A stretch of 64,000 bases of DNA from Polyangiales bacterium (GCA_038230375.1 JBBRNJ010000002.1:160001-224000); one strand, 5' to 3'. Counted from the stretch's first letter, positions 1 through 10,397 are shown. The notes: a model not told the origin generated them from the letters alone. A program made the numbers and translations.

Positions 1-1
1 G

Positions 2-2404
2 AAGGAGCAGAAGGCGTGCCTGTCCGTGTGCAAGGCCGACGATCAGCCCTGCCGCGAGAAGTGTGGCCCGGTGCTCATCAGCTACGTGGAGGACGGCACC
101 AAGGAGGTGCGCCAATACTACGAGGACGCGAAGTGGCTCTACGCGGACAAGCAGGATCTGATCAACGCGAACAACACGCTCGATCATCAGATCGCAATCC
201 GATCGAAGCTCGTCTCCGATTTCGGAGAAGATGATTTCACCCCGCCCGAAGCAGAGGGCGGCGCGCCTGCGTCCGAGCCCGATGGCGGCGCTTCCGACGG
301 TGGTTCATCCGCAACAGCGACCGTCGCCAACGGACCCGATGGTGGACCCGCGAAGGCGAACAAGGACAAGAAGCCCGCGCTCGGCATGGACGAGTACCGC
401 GACCGGTGGAAGGCGAAGGCAAAGAAGAACGACGACTTCCCGACGGGCTACTTCGCGACGGAGGACGGCACCAACATGGGCCTCCGCATCATCTCGCCCA
501 CGAGCGGCACGGGCGACAAGTGGGGCGACCTTCTCATGGAGAAGGTGCGCGTCATGGTCGGCACGCCCGAGGATCTCAAGAAGACCTACAACCCGAAGAT
601 GGAGATGGGCTTCGCGGGAGACATCCCGAACGCGATCGCCGAGAAGGACTCCATCATGAGCGAGGCGCTGTTCGCGACCGTCGCCGCGCTGGTGCTCCTG
701 CTCATCGGCATCATCGTGTTCTTCCGCTCGGGCTGGGCGCTCCCCATCGTCTTCTTGCCAGCGTTCCTGGGCGTGGGCGCGGCGTACTCGTTCGCGACGT
801 ATCGCTACGGGTACGTCAATACGTCGGGCGCGTTCCTGGGCGCCATCATCCTTGGCAACGGCATCAACTATCCCATCGTGCTGCTCTCGCGCTATCGCGA
901 GTTCCGCGCGCGTGGCATGACAGCGGACGTCGCGCGGCGCGGGGCGGTGTGGAACGCGTTCCGCGCAGAGCTCGTCGGCGCGGCGGTGGCCAGCATCGCG
1001 TACGGCTCGCTCACCACCACGGATTTTCGCGGCTTCAGCCAGTTCGGCATGATCGGCTTCTGCGGCATGCTGCTGGTGTGGGCGGCCATCATCCCCGTCG
1101 TCCCGGCGATGATCGTCATCGTGGAGTGGGCGCAGCGGAAGATCGGCTACACCCCGAAGTACGGTATCGACGAAGACGGCAGCAAGGGCCCGATCATGAA
1201 GTGGGTCGCGCGCTTCACGGAGCGCTCGCCCACCCCGATCCTCCTTGTGGCAGCGCTCATCACGATCGGCACGGCGTACAAGCTCCCCGGCTACCTGAAG
1301 GATCCGTGGGAGTACAACTTTGATCACCTTGGCTCGCGTGGCTCCAAGTCGCACGGCGGCGTGGGCGAGTGGTCGAACAAGGCCGAGAAGGTCTTCGGCG
1401 GCAAGATGAACATCGCCGGCGCACGCATGTTCGCCGACTCGCCGGAGCAGGTCCCGCTCATCAAGGCGAAGATGTTCGAGAACGACAAGACGATGAACGC
1501 GGACGACCCGCTCATCAACGACATCGCCACCATCACCGACCTCTTGCCCGCGACCGACAAGGAGCAAGAGGAGAAGCTCGCGATCCTGGACGAGATCCGC
1601 GATCGCATCACGCCGCGCGTGCTCTTCGACATGCCAGAGGACGAGCGCGCGCGCCTGCTCGAGATCAAGCCGCCGGAGACGCTCCACGTCCTTCGCGCGC
1701 AGGATTTGCCGTCCCTGCTCCGCCGCCGCTTCGAGGAGAAGGACGGGCGGGTGGGCACCGTCTTCTATGTGAAGTTCAACAACTTCAGCTTCGCAAATGG
1801 CCACAACCTGCTGAAGGTCGCCGCGACCACGGACAACATCACGCTGCCGGACGGCACCGTCGTGCAGACCGCGAGCCGCTCCACCATCTTCGCGGAGATG
1901 ATCCGGAGCATGGAGAAGGACGGCCCGCGCGCCACGGGGCTCGCGTTCCTGGCCGTCATGGTGGTCGTGATCATCGCAACGGCGAGCCGCCGCGGCAGTG
2001 TCTCCGTGCTGCTCGCGCTGATCATCGGCGTCACGTGGACCGTGGGCGGCGCCGCGCATGCCGACATGAAGCTCAACTTCTTGAACTTCATCGCGCTGCC
2101 GATCACCTTCGGAATCGGCTGCGAATATCCATTCAACGTGTTCGATCGCACGCGGCTCCTCGGCGGCGACGTCTCGCTCGCGATCCGACGCACGGGCGGC
2201 GCCGTCGCGCTCTGCAGCTACACGACCACCGTCGGATACGGCTCCATGCTCTTCTCCGACCAGCAGGCGTTGCAGTCATTCGGACGTCTGGCGATGAGTG
2301 GCGAGATCGCCTGCCTGATCACGGCGCTCTTCGTGCTGCCCGCGGTGCTGCACGTGTGGAAGATGAAGCCTGAGACGACACCAGTCGAGTCGCCGAAGGC
2401 CTGA
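2..2404 (+). CDS. MMPL/RND-family membrane transporter (5'-truncated by the window edge)
   Basis: The frame is open from base 2. It has two TM bundles, each after a large soluble loop, with MMPL-type motifs 'IILGNGINYPIVLLSRYRE' and 'ITFGIGCEYPFNVFDR' and the ending 'LQSFGRLAMSGEIACL'. Confidence 0.85.
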   Translation, partial: KEQKACLSVCKADDQPCREKCGPVLISYVEDGTKEVRQYYEDAKWLYADKQDLINANNTLDHQIAIRSKLVSDFGEDDFTPPEAEGGAPASEPDGGASDGGSSATATVANGPDGGPAKANKDKKPALGMDEYRDRWKAKAKKNDDFPTGYFATEDGTNMGLRIISPTSGTGDKWGDLLMEKVRVMVGTPEDLKKTYNPKMEMGFAGDIPNAIAEKDSIMSEALFATVAALVLLLIGIIVFFRSGWALPIVFLPAFLGVGAAYSFATYRYGYVNTSGAFLGAIILGNGINYPIVLLSRYREFRARGMTADVARRGAVWNAFRAELVGAAVASIAYGSLTTTDFRGFSQFGMIGFCGMLLVWAAIIPVVPAMIVIVEWAQRKIGYTPKYGIDEDGSKGPIMKWVARFTERSPTPILLVAALITIGTAYKLPGYLKDPWEYNFDHLGSRGSKSHGGVGEWSNKAEKVFGGKMNIAGARMFADSPEQVPLIKAKMFENDKTMNADDPLINDIATITDLLPATDKEQEEKLAILDEIRDRITPRVLFDMPEDERARLLEIKPPETLHVLRAQDLPSLLRRRFEEKDGRVGTVFYVKFNNFSFANGHNLLKVAATTDNITLPDGTVVQTASRSTIFAEMIRSMEKDGPRATGLAFLAVMVVVIIATASRRGSVSVLLALIIGVTWTVGGAAHADMKLNFLNFIALPITFGIGCEYPFNVFDRTRLLGGDVSLAIRRTGGAVALCSYTTTVGYGSMLFSDQQALQSFGRLAMSGEIACLITALFVLPAVLHVWKMKPETTPVESPKA

Positions 2405-2411
2405 CCGCCCG

Positions 2412-3155
2412 ATGGGGCCCACCACGCCGCTTCCCGAGTCCGTCCTCACGGAGAGCGCGACGGACGTCGACGCAGAGGAGGCCGGCGAGATCGAGCTCGA
2501 GGCAAACCTGGCGACGATCGGCGCCCAGCGTGGCGGCGCGCGCGCGTTGCTCTCCAGCGTCGAAGTGGAGTGGCGTGCGCTCAGAAACCTTGGCGTGCGC
2601 CTGGAGCCGTCGTACGAGCGTGGCCGCGCGGATGCCGCTTCGCGGACGCGTGATGAATTCGGCTTCGCGGGTGCGGTCGCCGTCGGCCTCTTTCACGATT
2701 ACGCGCGCGATGCGCACCTGCAGCTGGAGCTGCTTGGTCGCGTACCGTCCGAATCACATGGCTTCGCTCCAGACGAAACTGTGCTGCCCGCAGCGGCCGA
2801 CCTGGTCTCTGCCGTGAGGCGCGGGCGGTTCACATTTCGCGGCACGGTGGGCGCGGAGGCGTTCGGCGCGTTCGCCCACGCGCCCATGCATGTGGACTTT
2901 GCGGTCCTCACCGGAATCCGCCGTGACGCGCGGTTCGGCTTTGTCGGGTTGGAGGCGCGCACCGACCTTGCGCGCGCAAACCCGTTCGTGCTTGCGCCGG
3001 AGGTCGTCGCCGACGCAAGCTCCCTGGGCATTCCGCTGCGACTTGGCGTGGCGCTTCCGGTCAACATCGGCGCCGACGCCACGTCGCAGAGCTATGGCCT
3101 CTTCGCGCGTCTGATCTTGCTCACGGACCGCGAGGCGCGCGCGGAGCGAGAGTGA
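2412..3155 (+). CDS. hypothetical protein, possible outer-membrane beta-barrel
   Basis: 247-aa ORF starting 7 bp after the MMPL stop, with alternating hydrophobic beta-strand-like segments. No clear signal peptide; start uncertain. Confidence 0.55.
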   Translation: MGPTTPLPESVLTESATDVDAEEAGEIELEANLATIGAQRGGARALLSSVEVEWRALRNLGVRLEPSYERGRADAASRTRDEFGFAGAVAVGLFHDYARDAHLQLELLGRVPSESHGFAPDETVLPAAADLVSAVRRGRFTFRGTVGAEAFGAFAHAPMHVDFAVLTGIRRDARFGFVGLEARTDLARANPFVLAPEVVADASSLGIPLRLGVALPVNIGADATSQSYGLFARLILLTDREARAERE

Positions 3156-3169
3156 ACGCCCGATCGTGA

Positions 3170-3922
3170 CTAGGCGGCGCGCGATGAGAAGAGGCCGCGC
3201 GACGACTCGGTGAAGTCGCCGTGGCCCCATGCAAGGAGGGACTCCACTTCGTGGCGCAGGAGCGCGAAGCGCATGTCCGCGGGATGGATCGCGATGCGCG
3301 CGGGCAGGGCGAGGCGCGCGTATTTCGCGATGCGACACCACGCGACGCTCGAGAACAGACGGCCCGGCGTGCGGCTCGCGTAGTTGAGGACGACGCTGGT
3401 CTGACGCGTGCCCTCCGCGGGGTTGTACGCGTAGAGGTGATCTTCGCAGAACGTGTAGCCGCGCCGCCCGAGCTTCGGCAGGAGCCACGGGGGCATCGAC
3501 CATGCGGGAGGAATGAAGCCCGTGGGTGTGAGGCCCGCGGTCGCGAGGATCGCCTCGCCCTCGTCCAGGCGGAGGTCCGCTTCGTCTTCCGTGACGTCCG
3601 AGAACTCCGCCTCGCCGCCGGAGACGACCTTCTGCGCATAGTGCCAGCGAAGCCCGCGCGGCCGTCCTTGTCCGGACACCTCTGCGTCCGCGGGTCGCGA
3701 CTTGTGGAAGAGGCCGTGGAGGATCATCTCGTGGCCGTCGTCCTGGAGCGCGCGGAGCTTCCGCGCGTACGTGGGCGCTGCGTTCAGCGGCGCCTTTCCG
3801 TGGAAGTTCGGGACGACGAGCAGCGCGGGCTTCACGCCCACGGCGTGGCACATCTCGAGGGCGACATCGACCTCGCGCTCCCAGAGGGGAGAGACGTCGT
3901 GGATGGAGACGTGGACGGCCAT
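3170..3922 (-). CDS. DUF2334 / polysaccharide deacetylase-family protein
   Basis: Motifs 'VSIHDVSP', 'LLVVPNFH', 'EMILHGLFH', 'EAEF', 'GFIPPAW' and 'RIAIHPAD'. ATG at 3922 chosen as start. Confidence 0.85.
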   Translation of the reverse strand: MAVHVSIHDVSPLWEREVDVALEMCHAVGVKPALLVVPNFHGKAPLNAAPTYARKLRALQDDGHEMILHGLFHKSRPADAEVSGQGRPRGLRWHYAQKVVSGGEAEFSDVTEDEADLRLDEGEAILATAGLTPTGFIPPAWSMPPWLLPKLGRRGYTFCEDHLYAYNPAEGTRQTSVVLNYASRTPGRLFSSVAWCRIAKYARLALPARIAIHPADMRFALLRHEVESLLAWGHGDFTESSRGLFSSRAA

Positions 3923-3935
3923 GAGCCTGCGTATC

Positions 3936-4343
3936 CTACTTCTTGAACGTGTCGCGCAACAGCTCCACCAGCTGCGCGAAGAAGGACGGCACCTGACTGG
4001 GCAGCGGTTCCGTGTATCCTGCAATCATCTTTGCAGCCGCCTCTGTGGCGAAGAAGCCCGCGCAGCCGGTGCAACGGAAGACCATGGAGCCCGTTCCTAG
4101 CAGCTCCTCACCCTCGAAGCCGCCGCCGCACTTCGGGCAGTGTCCCGACAGGCGCTGCACCGGGTTGGGTGTGCGCGCGCTCGGTGCCCAGCCGGCCAGC
4201 GCAAGGTGTGGCTCTCCGTCGAACCAGTCGAGATAGACACCGCCACACTGCTGGCAGACGTCGATCAGCGCCTCGGCGGTGCTGCGCTCCTCCATCGGGG
4301 CATTGCAGCTGGGGCAGAAGAGGGCGTTGTCGCGGTAGCTCAC
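3936..4343 (-). CDS. double zinc-ribbon (zf-TFIIB-like) protein
   Basis: CPSC...IDVCQQCGGVYLD and CPKC...CTGC pairs. GTG start at 4343 inside the listed 281-aa ORF. Confidence 0.75.
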   Translation of the reverse strand: MSYRDNALFCPSCNAPMEERSTAEALIDVCQQCGGVYLDWFDGEPHLALAGWAPSARTPNPVQRLSGHCPKCGGGFEGEELLGTGSMVFRCTGCAGFFATEAAAKMIAGYTEPLPSQVPSFFAQLVELLRDTFKK

Positions 4344-4356
4344 GGCGGCCAGCCTA

Positions 4357-5589
4357 TCACCGGTCCTGCCGGTTCTTGAGGAGCTCCTCGTAGAGCGCGA
4401 GCCTCGCCTCGAACTCGCCACGCACGGTGGGGATCGTCCGTGCGCGTTCGAGCGCCCCGTGGCGGAGCTCCTCGCGATCGCGCGACAGCACGCGCTCCAT
4501 CGCGCTCGCCAGCGCGTCTGCGTCGCCCGTGGTGTAGTGACTGCCGCAGCCGTCCTCGATGAGCTCCGCGGCGCCGCCTTGATCGGGCACGACGGCCGGG
4601 AGCCCCGCGCAGAGCGCCTCGGACACGCCAATGCCGAACGTCTCGTACGGGCAGCCATGGACCAGGAGGTCCGCGCTCGCGAGCGCCGACGCGAGGATCG
4701 CCCGATCCTTCTCGAAGCCGAGGATCGCGATGTCACGCCGCCCCGCCGCGATCGCCTCGAGCTTCGCGCGCTCTGGGCCATCGCCGAACAGCACGAGCTT
4801 GGCGGTCGCCACGGATGAGCCCATCCGCTCCGTGAACCGCTTCATGCCGGCGAGCACGACATCCCACCGCTTCTCGATCGCGAACCGCCCGACGCCAACG
4901 ATCAGCGTATCAAACCCGTCCCCGGGACCGAGCAGCTGATGCTTGCGGCCCTCCGACCCAGCCTCGGGTTTGAAGACGTCCTTGTCCACCCCGAACGGGA
5001 GCAGCCGCACGCGGGCCACCCCATGTCGGGAAAGCTTCTCCTGTTGCCAACGCGACGCCGTGAGGACGGCATCGCAGCCACGCCCGATGCGCCGCACCCA
5101 GGCCCAGAGCGGGGCCTTGGCGATCTCCGCAGCGGCCAGCAGGGCGCGGGGCGCACCCTGGTCACCGAGGGTCCCTGCGTACGTGTCGATGAAGTCCGAG
5201 TGCCACTGCATGGTCCGGATGCCAAAGGACGATCTGGGGCAGGCAAGGGCACCTACTGCGGCGGCGTAAGGCGAATGAATCTCCAGCACATCGGGGTGGA
5301 GCTCCCGTACTTGCTTCACGATTTTGTCCACCCGGTAGAGCAGGTGATAGCTGGGATCGTAGGGCATGGCCGGACCCTTGATCCGGACCACGCGTGCACG
5401 CCCACCGGGGTGTGCTACACGCGGCCCCACCTGCTTCCCGCCGGTGTCTTCAGTCCCATCATGGCCCCCCGGAGCGAGCACCACGTGCTCGTTTCCCAGC
5501 TGGCACAAAAAGTGTCCTTTGAGTGTGAGATGGCTTCGAACCCCGCCACCCCTTTCGGAATAGAATTCGGTCACGTCGACCAGCTTCAC
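4357..5589 (-). CDS. GT4-family glycosyltransferase
   Basis: N-terminal 'KLVDVTEFYSERGGGVR', 'VGRFAIEKR' and the GT4 motif 'ETFGIGVSEALCAGLPAV'. Confidence 0.9.
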   Translation of the reverse strand: MKLVDVTEFYSERGGGVRSHLTLKGHFLCQLGNEHVVLAPGGHDGTEDTGGKQVGPRVAHPGGRARVVRIKGPAMPYDPSYHLLYRVDKIVKQVRELHPDVLEIHSPYAAAVGALACPRSSFGIRTMQWHSDFIDTYAGTLGDQGAPRALLAAAEIAKAPLWAWVRRIGRGCDAVLTASRWQQEKLSRHGVARVRLLPFGVDKDVFKPEAGSEGRKHQLLGPGDGFDTLIVGVGRFAIEKRWDVVLAGMKRFTERMGSSVATAKLVLFGDGPERAKLEAIAAGRRDIAILGFEKDRAILASALASADLLVHGCPYETFGIGVSEALCAGLPAVVPDQGGAAELIEDGCGSHYTTGDADALASAMERVLSRDREELRHGALERARTIPTVRGEFEARLALYEELLKNRQDR

Positions 5590-5688
5590 GCCCGCGCTCC
5601 CGGTGCAGGAAGCCTCGGCCGTGCCGCCAATGATCTCGCGCAAGAGGCACCCGCCGAAGCGCCCAGGTCCGCGTTTTCAGGGAAGAAT

Positions 5689-7167
5689 GTGCCGCATGGC
5701 CATCCCGCGCTGGACCCGGCGACCAGCCCCTTCGCGGCCCTCGCGGCCCGCCACGGCCGGCCCCTTCGTGTGGCGTTGCTCAGCGACTTCACTCGGATCC
5801 CCTACGCGAACGGTGCAGCATTCCAGACACGCTTTCTGTATCAAGAATTGCGTCGGTGTGGTCACGAAGTCACAGTCATCGGACCCCATGATCCGACTGC
5901 CACACCCGATGAGCTCGCGCCCGGTACGGTAGAGCTTCCGAGCATCCCGATTCGAGCCTACCCCGGCGTGAACGTCCCCATGCCGCTGGCCGCCTGGGTC
6001 TTCGACCCGGACCGCTGGCACTTCGATATCTGCTTCGCGCAGACCACCTCGCTCCTCATGGAGTTCGGCGTGTGGCTCCGCCAGATGAAGGGCATCCCGC
6101 TCATCTGCGTCAACACCACGCACCTTGCGGCCACCTACGACGTGCTCCTCCCCGAGAAGCTGTCAAAGGTCGAGGCCGTGCACGTCGGGATGAACTTCGC
6201 GTTCCGTCGCCCGTTCGAGCGCCTCTTCGCGTCGATCTACAACAACAGCGATGGGCTCGTCGTGCTCTCCGAGGGGCTCCGCACATACTGGCGTGAGCGC
6301 GGCGTCACGGCGCCCATTCATGTCATCCCGCGCTCGGTGCAGCCGGCATTGTTCGATCGCCCGCTGGGCGAGGATCCGTACACGCACCTCTCCGCGGGGT
6401 CCGAGGCATGGCGCGGCGCGCGTCTCGTCTGCGCAGGTCGACTCACGCGCGAGAAGGCGCAGCACCGCCTGATCCGCCTCTTCGCGCGGCACATCGCGCC
6501 GTTCGATCGGCACGCCACGCTCACGTTCGTCGGCGACGGGCCCGACCTTGACTACTACAAGCGTGTCGCCAAGGAAGAGCGCGTCGACTCGCGCGTCTAC
6601 TTCGTCGGTGAGGTCCCCTTCACCGCGATGGCGGACTACTACGCCTACGCCGACCTGTTCGTGCACACGTCTCTCAGCGAGACGTACGGCAACGTGATGG
6701 GCGAGGCGCTCTGGTGCGGTACTCCCACGGTTGCCTTCGCCGACGGCATGGGCGTGACCTCGCAGATCAAGGATGGAGTGAACGGCGTCCTGCTCTCACC
6801 CGGCTCCGACAACGAGTCCGAGCGTGAGGCGGACGGCGCGTTTGGTCGCGCGGTGCTGAACCTGCTCGATTCCCCGCAGGAGCGCGCGCGCATCGGTCGT
6901 GCGGCGTCGAAGATCGCGCGCGAGCGGTGCAGCCCTGGTGCGGTGCAGGAGAAGATCGCCTCGGCGTTCCAGGCCGCGCAGGACCACGCAAAGGCAACGC
7001 AGCTTCGCCCCGCGGCGGACGGCCCCAAGGCCATGCAGTGGCTGACCACGTTCAAGCGCTTCCGCTCGTGGGCGACCTTCAACGGCTGGGTCGTGGTCGC
7101 AGGCCAGATGCGCAGCGGCAGATCCGTCACGAAGGAAAAAGGCCTCCAGCCTCAAATCGCGAAGTAG
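5689..7167 (+). CDS. GT4-family glycosyltransferase (diacylglycerol/ceramide glycosyltransferase-like)
   Basis: 'LRVALLSDFTRIPYANGAAFQ', 'AGRLTREKA' and 'SETYGNVMGEALWCGTP'. Divergent from the previous GT4; start approximate. Confidence 0.88.
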   Translation: MPHGHPALDPATSPFAALAARHGRPLRVALLSDFTRIPYANGAAFQTRFLYQELRRCGHEVTVIGPHDPTATPDELAPGTVELPSIPIRAYPGVNVPMPLAAWVFDPDRWHFDICFAQTTSLLMEFGVWLRQMKGIPLICVNTTHLAATYDVLLPEKLSKVEAVHVGMNFAFRRPFERLFASIYNNSDGLVVLSEGLRTYWRERGVTAPIHVIPRSVQPALFDRPLGEDPYTHLSAGSEAWRGARLVCAGRLTREKAQHRLIRLFARHIAPFDRHATLTFVGDGPDLDYYKRVAKEERVDSRVYFVGEVPFTAMADYYAYADLFVHTSLSETYGNVMGEALWCGTPTVAFADGMGVTSQIKDGVNGVLLSPGSDNESEREADGAFGRAVLNLLDSPQERARIGRAASKIARERCSPGAVQEKIASAFQAAQDHAKATQLRPAADGPKAMQWLTTFKRFRSWATFNGWVVVAGQMRSGRSVTKEKGLQPQIAK

Positions 7168-7194
7168 GGACGGAAACCCCGATATACTCGCCGG

Positions 7195-9429
7195 GTGAGC
7201 GACACCACGCGCATCTCGGCGGTCTCCATTGGCGGTCCGCCCGCCACGCTGATGCAGCTGCCGCGGGGTGGCTACTACGTGCGCACGTCCGCGGGGCCGA
7301 TCCAGTTCGGTGTTCCACCGGAGACCATCAAGGACGTCATGAGCATGAAGCTCGACGTGCCCGTGATGTACGTGCTCCCGCAAGAGCTCTTCGATCGGCT
7401 ACGCGGTCTGTCGATCGCCGAGTTCGAATTCCCTTCGTACTACAACTTCTTCTTGTTGAAGCGGAAGTGCCGGCTGGGCATCGAGAACCGCAGCATCGAG
7501 CGTCGCGTGCGCGCGATCTTCCAGGAGACGCTCTTCGGTCCGCGCGGTGAGCCGCACCCCAGCGAGTTCGCGGACGGCTATCCCGGGGACTGCCGTCCGT
7601 CGTTCAGAAAGGAGAGCGAGTTCTTCCGCTCGCAACCGGGCAAGGGCCGACTCGAGGTGGACGAGCTCGTCGAGTTCGCATCCTTCGACGACGGCAAGTC
7701 GCCCGTGAAGGTCGGCGACACGGTCATCGTGAAGTTCTCCGAGGACACGTACGTCGTCGAGGACGGCGGCACCGTGATCGCGCGTGTGCCGCGCAACATG
7801 CACCTGCCTCCACGAGCGACCGGCCCCGATTCCCCCGATTCCTCCGACGGCCGCGATTCCCGCGCCCCGCCGTGGCGGCCTCCGGAGTTCGGCGTCACGG
7901 TTCTGGGCGCGAGCCACGGGTTTGATCCGCAGGGCAAGACCACGGGCTTTCTCCTGTGGATGGGCGGTCGCGCGATCCTCGTCGACCCACCCACCGACGC
8001 CACGAACTACCTCGCGGAGCGCGGCGTCGCACCCAAGATGATTGACGGCGTCATCCTCACCCACTGCCACGCCGATCACGACGCAGGCACGTTCCAGAAG
8101 ATCCTCGAGGAAGGACAGGTGTCGCTCTACACCACGCCGTTCATCCTCGGGTCGTTCCTCCGGAAGTACGCCGCGCTGTCCGGTCTCGATGAGGGCTTTC
8201 TTCGCTCCACGTTCGCGTTTCATCCCGCGCGCATCGGCGCACCGCTCGACGTCCGCGGTGGCGAGCTCTGGTTTCGCTACACTCTGCACTCCATTCCTGC
8301 GATCGGCGTGGAGGCGTTCTACGGGGGCAGGAGCATCGCCATCTCTGGCGACACCCTCTACGAGCCCACGCGCATCAAGGAGATGTACGACGCGGGCGTG
8401 ATCAAGAAGGGCCGCTACGAGGACCTGTCTGCTTTCCGCGGTCACCACTCCGCATACCTCCACGAGGCCGGCATTCCGCCGCTGCACACGCCCGCCGCCG
8501 CGCTCGCCGCGTTGCCCGAGGACGTGAAGAGCCGCCTGCATCTCGTGCACATCGCGGACAAGGATGTCCCGCAAGGTGTGGGCCTGAAGCACGCGAAGGT
8601 GGGACTCGAGCACACGCTCGTCATCGACACGCCGCAGACCCCCGAGTTCGCAGACGCCATCTCCCTGCTCGAGGCCGTGTCGATGGTGGACTTCCTCGCG
8701 AAGCTGCCGATCACGCGCGCGCGCTCGCTGCTGCAGATGGCGCAGCGCTTCTCGCTGCCCGCGGGCGAGAAGATCGTCTCGCAGGGGACACGTGGAGACA
8801 GCTTCTACATCCTGGTGGCCGGCCTTGTGTCGATCGTGCGCTACGGCAACACGCTGAAGACCTATCGCGCCGGTGACTACTTCGGGGAGACCGCGCTCAT
8901 CCTGAACCAGCCGCGCTCAGCGGACGCCATCGCAAAGACGGACGTGGACCTCATCTCGATCGACCGCAACGACTTCCTCGCGCTCCTGCGCGGAACGGAC
9001 ATCGCGGAGCGGCTGTCGCGCCTTGCCAAGGTGCGTGATGAAGGCATCCTTGGCGTGTTCGATCGCAACTCACTCCTGTCGCGTCTGTCGGCGGGTCAGC
9101 GAAACCACCTGCAGTCGTACATCCAGAGTGAGCACGCACAGGCAAACGCCGTCCTGTGGGCCGACGGAGAGGTCCCTCGCCGCGCATACCTCGTTGGCGC
9201 GGATGCGGAGGTGCTGCTCGAGGAGGAGCTGCGTCCCCCCCGGCGCCTCATCGAGGGCCACTGGGTCGCGGACATCGACGCGATCGCAAACGACAAGCCC
9301 GCGACCAGCCGCGCGCGCGTCTCCCGCCCAGGTTCGCTCTTCTTCGTGGAGCGCCCGGACCTCATGCGGTTCTTCGACGAGAACCCAGGCGTCTACGTCG
9401 CGTTTCTCGGAACAAGGTTCGTCGAGTAG
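7195..9429 (+). CDS. metallo-beta-lactamase-fold cyclic-nucleotide phosphodiesterase with C-terminal cNMP-binding domains
   Basis: HxHxDH motif 'THCHADHDAG', 'TLHSIP', 'SGDT'. The CNB domain 'GDSFYILVAG...GDYFGETALILNQPRSA' is followed by a degenerate second CNB. Confidence 0.85.
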   Translation: MSDTTRISAVSIGGPPATLMQLPRGGYYVRTSAGPIQFGVPPETIKDVMSMKLDVPVMYVLPQELFDRLRGLSIAEFEFPSYYNFFLLKRKCRLGIENRSIERRVRAIFQETLFGPRGEPHPSEFADGYPGDCRPSFRKESEFFRSQPGKGRLEVDELVEFASFDDGKSPVKVGDTVIVKFSEDTYVVEDGGTVIARVPRNMHLPPRATGPDSPDSSDGRDSRAPPWRPPEFGVTVLGASHGFDPQGKTTGFLLWMGGRAILVDPPTDATNYLAERGVAPKMIDGVILTHCHADHDAGTFQKILEEGQVSLYTTPFILGSFLRKYAALSGLDEGFLRSTFAFHPARIGAPLDVRGGELWFRYTLHSIPAIGVEAFYGGRSIAISGDTLYEPTRIKEMYDAGVIKKGRYEDLSAFRGHHSAYLHEAGIPPLHTPAAALAALPEDVKSRLHLVHIADKDVPQGVGLKHAKVGLEHTLVIDTPQTPEFADAISLLEAVSMVDFLAKLPITRARSLLQMAQRFSLPAGEKIVSQGTRGDSFYILVAGLVSIVRYGNTLKTYRAGDYFGETALILNQPRSADAIAKTDVDLISIDRNDFLALLRGTDIAERLSRLAKVRDEGILGVFDRNSLLSRLSAGQRNHLQSYIQSEHAQANAVLWADGEVPRRAYLVGADAEVLLEEELRPPRRLIEGHWVADIDAIANDKPATSRARVSRPGSLFFVERPDLMRFFDENPGVYVAFLGTRFVE

Positions 9430-9436
9430 AGCAAGC

Positions 9437-10396
9437 TCAGGGGTTTGCTCGGACCCACTCAGCTACGGTCTTCAGGCCTTCTTGTAGCTTCACGCGTGGG
9501 GTCCAGTGGAGCTCGGTGTTGGCCTTTGCGATGTCGGCGAAGGTTGCGTCCACGTCGCCAAGGGGGACCGGGGCGCGCACGACGTTGGGCTCGCGGCCGA
9601 CGGCTTGACCTAGCGCCACGATCAGGTCGGCCAGCGTGATCGGCGCGCCGGAGCCCAGGTTGTATACGCGGAAGCCGGGGTCGCTGTGATCGTACGCTGC
9701 GAGCACGCCGCGCGTGATGTCGTCTACGTGCGTGAAGTCTCGCTTCATGGAGCCGTCCCCGAACATGGTGATGGGCTCACCTGCGATGATCTTCCGCGCG
9801 AAGAGCGTGATGGCCATCTCCGGGCGCTGGCGCGGTCCGTAGACCGTGAAGAAGCGGAGGCCCGTGCACGCGACGTGTCTTGCCTTGAGCGAGAGTGCGG
9901 AGAGCACGAGCTCGGCGCCGCGCTTCGATGCTGCATACGGCGACTCGGGGCTGACGGCAGGCGCGGACTCCAGCGCGGGGAGCGGTGTGGCGTTGCCGTA
10001 CACCGAGGAGCTGGACGCGGACACCACACGCGTGATGCCCGCTGCGAGGGCGAGCTCGAACACGCTGGCGGTGCCCTCCACGTTGACGCGGGCGTATCGT
10101 GTGGGGTCGTCGAAGCTGGGGCGCACGCCTGCGATCCCCGCCAGGTGAATCACGCCGCTGGCACCGGAAAATACGCTCTTCAGCGCGGCGGCGTCCGTGA
10201 TGCACGCGCGGACGGTGTGGAGCTTGTTGCCGAACTCCTGGTGGAGGTCGCGGTCGTTCCGATCTTTCATCGCGGTAGGGTAGGGAGCCGCGGAGAAGTC
10301 ATCCACGATCACGACGTCGTCACCGCGTCCGAGCAGCGCCCTTGCGACGTGGAACCCGATGAAGCCCACGCCACCCGTGAGGACGACACGCGCCAT
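9437..10396 (-). CDS. NAD-dependent epimerase, UDP-glucuronate 4-epimerase-like
   Basis: 'TGGVGFIG', 'HLAGIAGVRPS', 'ASSSSVYG', YxxxK 'YAASK', 'FFTVYGPRQRPEMA' and 'RDFTHVDD'. Confidence 0.9.
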   Translation of the reverse strand: MARVVLTGGVGFIGFHVARALLGRGDDVVIVDDFSAAPYPTAMKDRNDRDLHQEFGNKLHTVRACITDAAALKSVFSGASGVIHLAGIAGVRPSFDDPTRYARVNVEGTASVFELALAAGITRVVSASSSSVYGNATPLPALESAPAVSPESPYAASKRGAELVLSALSLKARHVACTGLRFFTVYGPRQRPEMAITLFARKIIAGEPITMFGDGSMKRDFTHVDDITRGVLAAYDHSDPGFRVYNLGSGAPITLADLIVALGQAVGREPNVVRAPVPLGDVDATFADIAKANTELHWTPRVKLQEGLKTVAEWVRANP

Positions 10397-10397
10397 G

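Noticed and set aside
305..2059. Many long antisense or alternate-frame ORFs (e.g. 305-2059, 40462-42315, 42398-44758, 53140-55071)
   Set aside because: They are shadow ORFs typical of high-GC DNA: R/G/A/H-rich, motif-less and opposite well-supported genes.
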